Assembly (NCBI GenBank): GCA_039621445.1
Contig: CP154954.1
Span: forward strand, 39,207,816 to 39,271,815
DNA length: 64,000 bases
Origin: Euglena gracilis
Taxonomy: Eukaryota
Direction of reading: 5' to 3'
Positions 51,065-63,477 of the stretch are shown piece by piece; position 1 is the stretch's first letter, and each line of letters starts with the position of its first letter. The position numbers were made by a program, and so were the translations under genes. The notes beneath the pieces were generated by a model. That model searched no databases. It was not told where the DNA came from and worked only from the letters and a program-made list of their open reading frames with translations.

Positions 51065-54000
51065 TTGTATTGGATTGTATTCTGTTGGGACAACGGTGTT
51101 GGCGCTGAGGTTTCAGGTTTGTTGCCCGCCGTTGCGGCGTGCTTGCCGTTGTTTGCACAGTTTGGAGTGGGGTGTCCATTTAGCTTGAGTAGGGAGAGCG
51201 AGGGCCTGTGAAAAAGGTGTCGGCACTTGTGGATTGTTCAGTGTAAAAGCAACACAGAAGTTGTTTTTATGTCTCTTTGGCTAGTGTCAGAGAGAGGCCT
51301 TGCCAGCCTCTGCTTCTGTTTAGCGTTGTTGCCACCTCTTGGACGAACCACCTAGCTGTTAGCCTGGCCGGAGAGGCAAGACGCCGAAAAACACCGGAAA
51401 TATGATGCTGCCTGTGCAAGGCGGGGGCGGCGCCTCAATGCCTTCTTGATTGACTGCTTCAGGTGACTAGTCCAGGAATGCCGCACACTGATGTCCATCA
51501 TCCTCAGAGCCCTGCTAGAACAACGGGGGGGGGTCGATAGCCACTGTCCAGTCGCGGAAAAAACACATCGCCGGGGCGAATATTGTCATCCGCCCGTTGC
51601 TCGTTTTTTTGTTGAATTGCAGCACAACAGGTGATGACCCGTGACATCCACAATCCCCTAGCATTTTGGGCAGTGCAAGCCTTTGGTGGAAGCAACGTCG
51701 CTCAACTGCATATGCCAATGTTCCACCGAAGGAGACGGCCGAGTTCCACAGAAGGCAAGAGCGTTTTGCTTTGTGTTGCTGCAACCCACGCCATTATGTG
51801 GGGCTGACATTTGCTTGCAAACCGAACTTGATCCTGTGCAGGTAATTCTTGGGTTAGCAACGCTTGCCGCGCAGTGGAAAGTTGACCGGTTTCTGAGGTG
51901 TGGGGGCTCTAAGTGTTTTGGATAAGAGACAAGTCCCCGAGCCATTGTGGAAGGGGTCCTGTGGTTCCGAGGATGGTGAAAGCGGCTCGCAAACAATCCA
52001 GGGTGTCTGCAGGAGCACGGGGGAAAGCTGATGGTATTCCCAATGTCTTTGGCCCGCGGCGAAAGTAGTCAACGATGTCAGCAATTCAGCCAGCAATTCG
52101 AACGTTCAAGCGGATGTGGCTGGGGTATGAAAGGGCAAGGCCTCCCAAGCGAATTGGTAGGCAGATTTGCTCCCGTTGTTGTGGTGTGCACGGGACACCA
52201 AGCAGTCCTTCAAAAGCAGTTCCGTAGGATAGTGCTGAATGCTGCACACTCCAGTGGACCCTGGGTGTTTGTGGCTGCTCGCAGAAGGTCGTTTACTTTT
52301 CTAGAGGTGAGGCAATATCGAAGAATAGTGAAATGAAGATGCGCCTGTGGTAGCTTGGAAAGAGATTGGCATGCCTCCATAACACTGTTCACACGATTAC
52401 TCCAAATCTGCCGGTCAAATGTATCGCCTTCCGGATGCCAGAGTGGGATCCCGACAACTTCGAGGCCAGAATCCTTGAGAAGCGGCACGATGGGTACTTG
52501 GCGAAGTGGTCTGTCTGCGGGGTACTTCCACAATTTTGAGGTGAAGGCAGGGCCCAACAGATTGCACTTAGCAAGGTTCACCGCCAATCCGCTTTTTCCC
52601 GCTTCACGGACGGTGTGGAAAGGGCCGTGAGGAGTTGCATCGCGTGTGTTGCGGACAGCCTTTTTACGATCAATTTCCTGGAATCTCTGAATTATGCAAT
52701 GCCGGAAAAAAGGGTACAGACCAAAATCTTAATCTGGGATTTGTGTGTATAATTCTGTATTTCATTGGCAGCCTCTAGCAAATAGTGTATCAGTTTGCTT
52801 GGACTTAATCAAGGGCATTGGCAAAGGTCTTCAGGATTTCTTCCCCTGCTGTGCGAACGATTTTGGAAACACCAGTGATGCAGTGAGAAATTTGTATGAT
52901 TCGCCAAGTCTGCAATTCCTAATTCAAGATTGCAAAGCCATTGAAGAATGCCAATTGTTTTGTAGGGAGCAAAATGCTTACACTGATTGCGTGGGTCACT
53001 GATTGAACCTCAAAGAAGTCCTCGTGCTGTGCTGGAAGTTTTGAAAAGTTCAATGCCAGAAAAGTCAAAAGTGAGACACTGGGTCCAGGCCAAGAGTGGG
53101 CACTCGAACAATCAGTGTATACCCTGTACAATCAGTCAGCTCCCGGGCTTGGTCAGCCCAGATGTCATTGAGGAAGTTTCCAGGAAGAAGCTACAGCATG
53201 GACTGGGAAGATGGACCACATCCATGACAGAATGGGTACAGAAGATGCAATCCAGCAGCTGCAGATGTGGACGGATTTGGGTACACTGCTGTCCAGGAAC
53301 TATGGCTGAAGGTGAAGCTGATCACCATGTACATCCTGTGTCGCAGGAGTCTTTTTTCAGGGCTTTGGAAGTTCTGCAGCAGCAGAAGAGCCCTGCCATG
53401 GCAATCTCATCTGTACATGTTGGTGTTCAGGCGGCTGAAGTGGAGGTGATTACAATCATTCCAAGAGTGGAATTTGCTCTGCAAGCTGCTGAAGAATAAG
53501 ACAATCAATCTGAAGACAAGGTGAAACAAAAAGAGACATCCAAGGAAAGATGAATCAGGAGATTACAATGTAAGAAGGGGAAGAAGGAGGAGCCGCTGAA
53601 GCCATTCCCTGTGCGTTAAACTCGTGTGTTTGCTGGGATTTCATTGCAATTCAAGTGTAAGCATTTTCCTGGTTTGGTTTGTGATTGCCCAGCCACCATT
53701 TGTAGAGATTTGCCCTGTAGGGCACTTTGCTTTTGGGTCTTCCCCTTTTGATTTGCCCAGATTTCCCCTTAACAAGGACGGCACCAAAGGGATGGATGTA
53801 ATTGCCCAGTTGGGGAAGGGTCAGGACACAAAGAAGGGGGGTACTCTGTTTTGCCCGCATGGGCACAGAAGTACGGCAGGGCACGTAACTGACCAGTGGA
53901 TAAAGACATTTGGAGCTGAAGATTTTCCGCCTTGCCCAGATTTTTTCCCATAGTCCCGTTTTTTGGCTGCCCATTTTTGGGGCACAAAAATCAGGATCCC

Positions 54001-57000
54001 CTTTTCGTGATTGCCCGAATTCCCTCCAGGTACATTTTTGTTGGCCCCCCCAGGGCCCAGGGATGACAGCCTAGGGGGGGGGGGGGGGACAATTCGGGCA
54101 CATGGGGGGGGGGAGGGCACATCAGGGCGAGGTTAGAATTTGAATTGGAAAATTTGACCTGCGAATGCCGATTGACATTCCAAGGAATGTTCTGTAGGAA
54201 GGTGGTGTAGGATTCGCCAAGTCTGCAATTCCTAATTCAAGTTTGCAAAGCCAATGAAGAATGCCAATTGTTCTGTAGGGAGCAAAATGCTTACACTGAT
54301 TGCGTGGGTCACTGATTGAACCTCAAAGAAGTCCTGTCTTTGCTTGTGCTGTGCTGGAAGTTTTGAAAAGTTCAATGCCAGAAAAGTCAAAAGTGAGACA
54401 CTGGGTCCAGGCCAGGAGTGGGCACTCAAAAATTGCCAGTGGAAAATCCCAAGTTAGCAATAGGATACTGTCCAGCATTGCACATTACAGGTTGGCCTGG
54501 GCCAGAAGATTGTCACCCAAGTGTCACATCAATGCCAAATCGAAACGGCAGAGGATTTCATAGGTTAACCCACAACCCATGGCAATGCCAACAACTGGGC
54601 TGTCCAAGACACCAAATGACCACCATCTTTCTCTCCAGAACGTGCCTCACGGCTCATCTGGATGATCCACCGGTGCTCGATTCTGTTGTACGTGCCTCAC
54701 GGCTCATCACCATCCCCACTTCAGTGACAATGACATGCTATCTTCACAGACATCTGCAGCAATGTACAGTGCAAGTGCTGCCATCAGCTGCAGCTAGTGG
54801 TCCGCCAATGACAATGTAATGTCACTCCACCAGATCACAATCTTAGCGTCAATCCCCTTCGTGGCCCAACAGGATCGTTTGAACTGGACAAAGCTCATAC
54901 CAGTTTGTGTGTGGTTGGGGCCTCGGCTCAGTGCGTTAGGACAGCCCTTGTCCAATGACGTTGATGTCGTGCTGTGTGATGGTGTGTTCTGCGCCAGTAA
55001 ATATCACGGTTTGATCGTTTTCTCCGTCTTCGTCTCCTGCGTGTTTCTGTCTCCTCTCCATGTTCTGCGAGGGGCTAACTGGCTCGTCTGTCCGCTGTGC
55101 TCTGAATGCCTGGGCAACTGCGCAGCATTTCATGAAGGGGGGGGGGGTGGCGGACAGCCTTTTTTCGATCAATCTCCTGGAATCTCTGAATTAGGCATTG
55201 CCAGAAAAAAGGTTCTCAGACCAAAATCTAAATATGGGATTTCTTAGTATAATTCTTTATTTCATTGGCCTATGGCAAACAGTGTATCAGTTTGCTTGGA
55301 CTTGATTGATCAAGGGCATTGGCAAAGATCTTCAATATTTGTTCCCCTGCTGTGAAAAATATTTTTGGAAACTCCAGTGATTCAGTGTGAAATTCCCAGT
55401 GGAAAGGCCCAATTCGTCATTAGGAGACTGCCCAGCATTCCACATTACAGGTTGGCCTGCGCAAGAAGTTTGTCACCCCAAGTGTCATTGGACAAGGGCT
55501 GTCCTAACCCACTGAGCCGAGGACCCATCCACACAAGCGGCGAACCCAGGAGACGGCCTTCATCCAAGTACCATCCCTGCCGTTCGACGTTTGCAGACAG
55601 CTCTTCCAGGACATCTTGCAGTCCCCAGGCCAACAGAGCTGGGCCACACGGGTCTCCGTGTTGGGCGACTCTGGCCGAAGTGAGCATTTTCTTGCCACAA
55701 AATAGATGGGAATGTTGGCTGTAGCAAGTCTCGACCCATGGCATCGCAGCAGGACGTCTCGGACGGACACTGTCTAATGCGGAACTGCGGAGGAGGCTGT
55801 TTAACGCGTTGCTTAGGTCTATTTTTAAAAGGCACCAACGATCCTCATTCTTGCGGAAGAGGTCATCGGTCATCTGTTGCACGCCAATTGCGGTGAGGCT
55901 ACCCATACTCCGCTTTGCATAGGACTGAGGTCTTTGAGGGTCTGCGTGATGGCTTGGAGGTGCATGAATACCTTGGCTACAAGGCGTCCGAGGCACTCCT
56001 CTGCGGCGATTGGTCAGGTTCCCCCCGTGTGCATTCACACATGGCGGAGCAACCTTGTCACCTTTTTTTGAACTGGACAGCGTGCCGACGCTGGTCCACG
56101 TCCCCTGTGGTGCCGTTGTGCGAGTCACGTGCACCTACATCACCCTCCTCCGCAACTTAAATGCAAGTGCTGACTGGGGTCCCTGCATCATCTTTAGGCA
56201 TTTCAAACGGCAGAGCTTTGCCCACTAAAGCGCGGGGGGGAAAGACCATAGGGCACAGGTTGGCCGCAAGGTCGCTGTGCGCGCCAGGTTGTACCTTCAA
56301 CGGGCCGTCATTGAAAGTTGGGAGGAGACTGCGTTGCCTGGCGTACCGCAACCAGCCCTGAGAACTAGGTCCGCGGCTGCAAGGGAACAAGCTTCGGACA
56401 CCGAGCGAGTGGAGAATTGTGTGAGCACTCTCGTGGGACATGGGGCAATCAGTATACGTCTGGTCTTCAATTCATGTTTCCAAAAAGCCTTCACTTTCGC
56501 CTTGTCGCACCTACTTGGAAACTGAAAATCAGAGTAACAGTGAAAACTCTTTTCCCACTTCCCAAGAACAAAGCAGGGAGCAATGCAGGAAGGACGGAGT
56601 GGATATCCAAGTCCGGTCCGGAGAAAAGGAAAGACAAAACAGAATAAAGAATACCACCTATGGAGAGAGAAGGGGCACCCATTAGGAAATCCTAATAGGG
56701 TCTGCTTCCATCCTAACTTCCTCAACGGAAGGGGACAGAATCATACGCCTGGTACACATCCCCTCCCAGGGCTATGCCCGATTTCTCCTTTGGACCAGGC
56801 AGTCTGGCCACAGGGATTTCAGACACAGACCTTGTCGGTGGGAGGTGCAACCTTGCCCATCCACTGGGGCCCTTTCTGTCGCACAGGGGACTACTCAGGG
56901 AGGGGGCAGAAAGGAGGAAGACCCTAAATCCCAAAACGCGCAAAATGGTTTCACCTACTTTGCTGGGGCTTATTGTTGTATAGTATATTATAGCCCAATG

Positions 57001-58442
57001 GGGAAAGCGGGGCAGGCAGGTTTCTTTGCCACGCAAACCCTCCACCCAGGTTAGGTGTGGCCAAGGCACGTGCGGTTGGTTCGATGGGCATTCCAGGAAA
57101 ACCCGGGAGGGTGTGGAATGAGTTTGCCCCTCGCAAGTTAAACCTGGGTACGTCTGATTCCCAATTCCCCTTCCCCAAAATCCTTCGCTTTCGCCTTGTC
57201 GCACCTACTTGGGGACTGAAAATAAGAGTAACAGTGAAAACCATTTTCTCCCACTTCCCAAGAAGCAAAGCACGGAGCAATGTGGGTAGGACGGACTGAA
57301 AATCCAAGTCCGGTCCAAGGAAAAGGAAGGAAAAGGTATAAGAAGAAGGGGCACCCATTAGGGGGACCTGTACAGAAAGAAGGGGCACCCATTAGGAGAT
57401 CCTAATAGGATCTGCTTCCATCCTAACTTCCTCAACGGAAGGGGACAGAAGCATACGCCTGGTACACATCTCCCTCCAAGGGCTATGCCCGAATTCCCCT
57501 TTGGACCAGGCATTCTGGCCACAGGGATTTCGGAAACGGACCTGGTCTGTTGGAGGTGCACCCTATCGCATCCACAGGGGCCCTTTCTGTCGCACAGGGG
57601 TCCACTCAAAAGGGGGGGGAAGGGTGACCCAAAGGCCCAAAACGCGCAAAATGGTTTCACCTATTCTGCGGTGGCTTATGGGTGTATAGTATATTATAGC
57701 CCACTGGGGAAAATGGGGCTGGCAGGTTTCGTTGCCAGGCAAACCCATCCACCCAGTTTGGGTGTGCCAGAGGCACTTGGGGTTGGGTCCATGGGCGTTC
57801 CAGGAAAACCCATGGGGATGGTTTGGAAGGAGGGGGCCGCTGACCAGTCAAATTTGGGCAGGGCGCATGGCCAGTCAAATCTGACCACGCAACAGGAAAG
57901 TTTTACTCTACAAAACCAACTGCCGGCGACTGCATTTTGTCGGCCGCCGGCTTGCGCCGGCAGCCAAAAATTGCCAGAAGGCGCAAATTTCAAAGTCGCG
58001 GCTAACAGCCAATCAGTTAAAAAAACCCGCGACTTAAATTGGAAGCGGGTCAAATTTCGAAGCGCCTTCGAATTTGTTTTTTTTCACAGAACTTGAGGGG
58101 TTTTCCCCAATATTTGGCAAGAAGGGATACTTTGAAGTTGAATTTGTCATTTGGACTTTGAATCGGAGTATCAAGTTGAGTTTCATTGTTGGTCATTGAT
58201 CTATTGAAGTCAATTGTTGTGAAGGAGCCTTTAACACCACCGCCCACCTCCCTATATCCCCGCCATCTTCACCTCCGTCTTCGCCTCCGACGACCACTCC
58301 TTACCCCAGGTTTGCACATTCCAAAGTTTGCACATTTCACAGTTTTCAGTTTCTCAATTCAAGGTCCCAAAGTCCCAAAGTGGGTTGGTTTGTGGTTGGC
58401 CTTTGGGTTGGTTTGCCATCAAGGTGTGTGTGAGAGAGAGAA

Positions 58443-61400
58443 GTGAGATTTGCAATGCAAATGGCAGATTTTTCGATTTTGAGCAAAATTTCGGAAACCG
58501 CTAAAAAAACGATCCTACGCGCCGGCTGGGGTTGGGGAAACCACCTGGGTGAAAAAAAGGGGGTTGACTTGAGCCCACCAACCCCCGGAGAAAGCGCAGG
58601 CCCCACCCCGGAAACACCACCCCCCCTGTCGGTGGTCCTCCCCACTGGCGAGGACCCCCCTGGGCCCTCGGCCCGAAGGGACTCGGCGGTCGCGGAGGCG
58701 ACCGACAGCCCGGGGGTGGCGGACCCGGTGAACATGGTTAGCAGAGGTTGGCTCACTGACTTCGTCAGTGAGGATTTTTCAGATCCGGTAAACATGGCAC
58801 ACGAGGGCAGTTTTACCAACCCAGTTGTCTGTGAATTTTCAGAAGAATCTGCAGAAATCTGCTCGTTTTCAGGTCAATCTGTCCGAGTTTCAGATTGTGG
58901 TGAAAATTTTCTGAGATCTGTGGCAGAAATCTATTTTCAGAACGAAAAGGAAACTGAGTTTTCTGCAGCCCAGTTTTCAGAACCTGTGGCATCATTGCAA
59001 ATCGTGACGGAATCTGTGGCAGAAAACAATTTTCAGGCTGCAGAAACTTTATCGTCTTCAGAAACGACACAGGAATCAGAATCTGATGCTGATTCTGGGA
59101 GGGGGTCAATTACATGCGTAAGGCCCATCACGGTGGCAGGGCCAGAAAATTTTCAGCTGGTTCCACTGCACAACAGTGATGAGGAACCAGACCCCCCAGC
59201 TTATGAAAGCGAAACAGAGGAAGAAAAACAGGCTGAAAACGCCATAATTCAGGAAATGGTTATGCAAAGGATGAAAGCTGCTGGCATGTGGCCAGTAAAT
59301 TTTTCAGGTTTTCAGCAAATTTCTGTGTCGTCACGAGACAGCAGCCCAGGGCCAGAACAAAAAATTTTGTGTTTAACAGCCCAGCCAGAACCATTGCTGT
59401 TAACACAGAGTTCTGAAACGCAGTCAGCACAGCCAGCTGCAGCCCAGCTGCAGGTTTTTCAGCCAGCCCAGCAGTTTTCGGCTGGGTCATCTGTTTCAGC
59501 AATCATGGGGCCAGCCCAGATGACTTCACAGGTTTTTCAGCCAGCCCAGCAGTTTTCGGCTGGGTCATCTGTTTCAGCAATCATGGGGCCAGCCCAGATG
59601 ACTTCACAGGTTTTTCAGCCAGCCCAGCAGTTTTCGGCTGGGTCATCTGTTTCAGCAATCATGGGGCCAGCCCAGGTGACTTCACAGGTTTTTCAGCCAG
59701 CCCAGCAGTTTTCGGCTGAGTCAGCTGTTCCAGCAATCATGGGGCCAGCCCAGGTGAGTGGGCAGGTTTTTCAGCCAGCGTTAACAGTGTCTTCAAACAC
59801 AGGCCCAGCCCAGACTTTTCAGCCAATTCAGCCAGATTTTTCACAGACCCAGCCACAAAATTTACAGCCAATCACCAGATTTTCTACAGAAACTGGGTCC
59901 GAAAACCCTGAAAATCAGCATGATGTGGAAATGGAATCGGGCTATGGCCAATCTGATGATGATTGGAACAATTGGGGTGAAGAAATCAGTTGCAAAATTG
60001 AATGTTTACATGGCAGACTTTTGGTGCAGGAAGGAAAAAACCCTGAAAAAAGGGCTGAAATTCTGGTGGGTGAGGCAGAAAACAGGCTAAATCGGGCATT
60101 GGCCATGTCAAATGGGCAGGCATTGAATCTGGTCAATGAGGCATTGGGCATGCATGATCAGCGAATGGCGGATCACATTGCCATGGTGAAACGTGAAATT
60201 CGGGCTGAAGTGAGTTCAACTGTAAACGACTTGCTTTTGCAGTTTCAGCAAAATGGTGAAATGGTGCAAAATCTGGCCCAATGCCAAAGGCATTTGTTGA
60301 GTGTGGAAATGGAACGGCAGTTTGCTGAAAAAGTGCAGAAAGTGGAGGATGGAGTAAACACATTTTTTGAGGCCCAGGTTGAGGGGTTGAGAAAAAATGA
60401 GAGAGATTTTTCTCAGAAGCTGTCGTTTTTGGAAAAATCTGTGGGGGAGATGCACGTGGCGGTGCAACAAGTGGGGGAGAAGGAAAAACAGCAGGAGATT
60501 GCTGTTAATCAGGTCAAATCTGCAGTTGGTGAGCTAAGCTCTGGTCTGGAGGGACGCTTTGGGATCATTTTTCAGCAATGCAAAAGTTTGGGGGAGACTG
60601 AGTGTGCCAAATTTCAGGTACAGGCTGAGAAATTGAAGGAATTTTCACAGTCCCTGGAGCGAGAGAGCAAAGCTCTGAATGATCGTTTGGGGAGGTTGGA
60701 GAATTTTCTGGGTCGGAAAGATTTTCCCATTGAAAAAGTCTGTGACCTGATTAACAAGAGCGAGGAAACAATTCGGTTGGAGGTGCAAAGGGAGTTGGGG
60801 CTGCAAACGAGAAAGAATTTGGAGGTCATTATCAGTGAAATGTTGCAGGAAAGGTTGAGGCTGAGTGAAAGGGAGGGGCAGTTTGAGAAAGTTCGGGCTG
60901 AAATGGAAAATTCGATGAAACAGCAGGTTGGAGTTTTACTGCAACAGCAGTCCAGTGAACTTTTTAAAGAACAGCAGGAGCGGAAAAAATTGCAACAAAA
61001 GCTGGATTTATTTCAGGCTGAGTTTTTGGTGAGGAAAAATCAGCAAGCTGAATCTGCCAAATCTGCGACAGTGGATCTGACAAAGGAAACGAGAGAAAAA
61101 TCAGCTGGAAACCCAGAAATCGAAGAGTTTGATCTTTTTGGTTACAACGATTTACCTGTGATCGAGAAAAATCCGGTTGAAATTGAAGGCTATGAATACG
61201 CTGAACCAGGATCACATGCGACACATGTCAGGCAGGTTTGTGCACGACCTGTGGGGGCAGTGCCTGCAGGTGCAGGACTAGTTTCATCAAATGCAGTGGC
61301 AACGCATCAATTGATGAAAAACCTGGTAGCTCCAAATTTTTCTGGACAGCCAAAAGACTGGTCGTCCTTTGTGCGGGATTGGGATCAATATTTCAGGACG

Positions 61401-62597
61401 TTGGTTATTTTGCAAAATGGACATATGTCTGATTCACTCAAGCTTCAGCTTTTTACAATGACGCTGGACGACACAAATAAAAAGGAATTGCAATTCCGAC
61501 TGGAATTGAATGGAAAAACATCTTTCGAGGAGGAATTTGACAGGCTTGAAGGGAAATATGCTGGAACTCAATCCGAATGCGCCAGAAAAAAATGGTATGA
61601 TGTGAACCTCGTGAACCAAGGGAAAATTACCGTACAGGAATGGCGAGATTTTGTCATAAATTTCAGAATAGCCTGGAGACAGGTGAAAAGCGCCACTGAC
61701 GATGAGGCAGAAAGACTGGTCAAGGGAAAACTGCCAAATTTCATTTTGCATTGGGTCGCCGATGAGGAGGAAAGGAAATCAACGTGTGGACCGAAAGTCA
61801 AAATGTACCCTGGAGTGCCTGCAACCGAGGAAAACATTATTTGTGCTGTGGAACGTGTCACTGGGGAAAAGCCCTGCAAGGTTTCGAAAGTTTCACCGCT
61901 GGAGTTCGAAGTCTTTTTGCCCAACACTACGATTTGCGACAAACTGAAAGAGGTCAGTGGGAAACCAATCACAGGCACGGATAAAAGGATCAAAATTGTG
62001 GAGGAACAGCCAAAAATGGGAGTTGAAGAAATTTTCCGTTTTGTTGAGCGAAAATTGTCATCCAGGGACTCTCAAGACATGATACACAGTTCCAGGGAGC
62101 CAAATCCATTTGGAAACCGGAGGGCCAGGTCTGCTAAGGCAGATCGGGCCAAGGGGTCCAGGACACCCTCCCCAACACGGTCAGCAAAGGGGGGCGAAAC
62201 GGTGGCAAAACTGTCCGTTGGAAAATCAGATTCACAGGTGGCAGCCCCTGCGACCAATGCAAACATGAACCCCCCCGTGCAAAATCCAGTGCCAGTGGTT
62301 CGATCACAGTCATTGCCACCCCCCCAGCAATCTCAATTTGGCAATGGGGGGGGATGGAGAAATGATTCTGGGTGGAATTCCAATGCCAATGCCAATTTTC
62401 AGGGAAATCAGTGGTGGCATTCAAATCAACAGAATTTTGACTCACAGTCTGGTGGAGGCAAAGGCAAAGGCAAAGGCAAGGGCAAAGGAAACAATTCTTG
62501 GGGGAAAGGAAACAATGGAAATGACTGGTCTAGGGGAAAGGGCCAGGATGGTGGAAAAGGCAAAGGAAAAGGAAGGGGGAAAGGAAACCGTTGCTAG
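58443..62597 (+). CDS. gag: Intact 1384-aa Gag-like protein (first ATG at 58455)
   Basis: Uninterrupted ORF; APNFSGQPKDWSSFVRDWDQY is a retrotransposon capsid-like PxFxG..W motif; E/Q/K/L-rich central region; GKG tail. Confidence 0.85.
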   Translation: MRFAMQMADFSILSKISETAKKTILRAGWGWGNHLGEKKGVDLSPPTPGESAGPTPETPPPLSVVLPTGEDPPGPSARRDSAVAEATDSPGVADPVNMVSRGWLTDFVSEDFSDPVNMAHEGSFTNPVVCEFSEESAEICSFSGQSVRVSDCGENFLRSVAEIYFQNEKETEFSAAQFSEPVASLQIVTESVAENNFQAAETLSSSETTQESESDADSGRGSITCVRPITVAGPENFQLVPLHNSDEEPDPPAYESETEEEKQAENAIIQEMVMQRMKAAGMWPVNFSGFQQISVSSRDSSPGPEQKILCLTAQPEPLLLTQSSETQSAQPAAAQLQVFQPAQQFSAGSSVSAIMGPAQMTSQVFQPAQQFSAGSSVSAIMGPAQMTSQVFQPAQQFSAGSSVSAIMGPAQVTSQVFQPAQQFSAESAVPAIMGPAQVSGQVFQPALTVSSNTGPAQTFQPIQPDFSQTQPQNLQPITRFSTETGSENPENQHDVEMESGYGQSDDDWNNWGEEISCKIECLHGRLLVQEGKNPEKRAEILVGEAENRLNRALAMSNGQALNLVNEALGMHDQRMADHIAMVKREIRAEVSSTVNDLLLQFQQNGEMVQNLAQCQRHLLSVEMERQFAEKVQKVEDGVNTFFEAQVEGLRKNERDFSQKLSFLEKSVGEMHVAVQQVGEKEKQQEIAVNQVKSAVGELSSGLEGRFGIIFQQCKSLGETECAKFQVQAEKLKEFSQSLERESKALNDRLGRLENFLGRKDFPIEKVCDLINKSEETIRLEVQRELGLQTRKNLEVIISEMLQERLRLSEREGQFEKVRAEMENSMKQQVGVLLQQQSSELFKEQQERKKLQQKLDLFQAEFLVRKNQQAESAKSATVDLTKETREKSAGNPEIEEFDLFGYNDLPVIEKNPVEIEGYEYAEPGSHATHVRQVCARPVGAVPAGAGLVSSNAVATHQLMKNLVAPNFSGQPKDWSSFVRDWDQYFRTLVILQNGHMSDSLKLQLFTMTLDDTNKKELQFRLELNGKTSFEEEFDRLEGKYAGTQSECARKKWYDVNLVNQGKITVQEWRDFVINFRIAWRQVKSATDDEAERLVKGKLPNFILHWVADEEERKSTCGPKVKMYPGVPATEENIICAVERVTGEKPCKVSKVSPLEFEVFLPNTTICDKLKEVSGKPITGTDKRIKIVEEQPKMGVEEIFRFVERKLSSRDSQDMIHSSREPNPFGNRRARSAKADRAKGSRTPSPTRSAKGGETVAKLSVGKSDSQVAAPATNANMNPPVQNPVPVVRSQSLPPPQQSQFGNGGGWRNDSGWNSNANANFQGNQWWHSNQQNFDSQSGGGKGKGKGKGKGNNSWGKGNNGNDWSRGKGQDGGKGKGKGRGKGNRC
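59451..59779 (+). repeat. 78-bp (26-aa) coding tandem repeat, 4 copies plus a partial, in family B gag
   Basis: CAGGTTTTTCAGCCAGC at 59451, 59529, 59607, 59685, 59763; unit QVFQPAQQFSAGSSVSAIMGPAQMTS. Confidence 0.97.
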
Positions 62598-62861
62598 GAC
62601 AGCCGGGGTGGACCGTTGGGGGCGGGAGCCGCCCCGGGCTCGCATACCCAGCCCCACACAAAGACATACGCAACTCCCAAATGGCATGAAAAATCTCGTG
62701 CGAGTGAAAACACGATGAAAAATCTGCCATCCCAGGAGACCTTTGCGCAAGGTGTGTCCAGTGTGTCGGGTGCGTGCGTGCGTGACGTGCAAATCTGTGA
62801 TTCAGCCCAAATCTGTAAAAAACCAGACCTCATAAGAGGTCGTGCACAGCCTTCCGTAAAG

Positions 62862-63450
62862 AAAAGAGCTTTAGACCTTTTTTGCGGTAAAGGCTCGGTT
62901 GGGGATTGCCTGAGAGAGCAGGGGTTTAAGGTTGTGTCAGTGGACATAAACCCCAGATTTAACCCAACCCACTGTGCAAATATTTTGGAATGGAGATATT
63001 GGAGGTACCCCCCCGGATATTTTCAGATCATCGCTGCGGGGGTGCCCTGTACAGAATATAGCTTGGCCAAAACATTGGGAGTCAGAAATTTGGAGGTGGC
63101 AGATCGGCTGGTCAAAAAAACTTTGGAGATTGTCGAATATTTCAAACAAAAATGGTGGTGGATTGAAAATGCCGGTAATGGACTTTTGCGGAAAAGACCC
63201 TGTGTTCAAAATCTGACTTTTTGATGTTGATTATTGTCAATTTTCAGATTGGGGATATCAAAAGCCCACCCGAATCTGGGGGAGCGAAAATCTGAGCAAG
63301 CTACAAAACAAACTTTGTGATGGCCAGACCTGCCCGAATTTGATTCCTGGGGGGAGGAGTCACCGAGAAAAGTTGGGAGGATATGGAATGACAGTTGGCA
63401 CCCAGAAAAAATGGAGGATGCCCAAACAACTGGTGGAGTATTTGTTAACC
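62862..63450 (+). CDS. C5-cytosine MTase domain of family B (one frameshift at ~63220)
   Basis: LDLFCG (62871), GVPC (63039-63050), IENA; after the T-run frameshift DVDYCQFSDWGYQKPTRIWG...WRMPKQLVEYL. Confidence 0.9.
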
Positions 63451-63477
63451 GTGTTGGAACGAAAAAGCGGATATCGT

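Larger units (their letters stand above)
34573..57939 (-). repeat. Right arm of large imperfect inverted duplication
   Basis: Reverse complement of 3196-27775 with scattered substitutions and arm-specific indels. Confidence 0.97.

Noticed and set aside
3196-57939. Fold-back read artefact, or TIRs of a giant DNA transposon (Polinton-like)
   Set aside because: The arms have large distinct indels and there is a 6.8-kb unique spacer; no DNA polymerase, capsid, transposase or TSD was seen. A haplotype mis-join is not fully excluded
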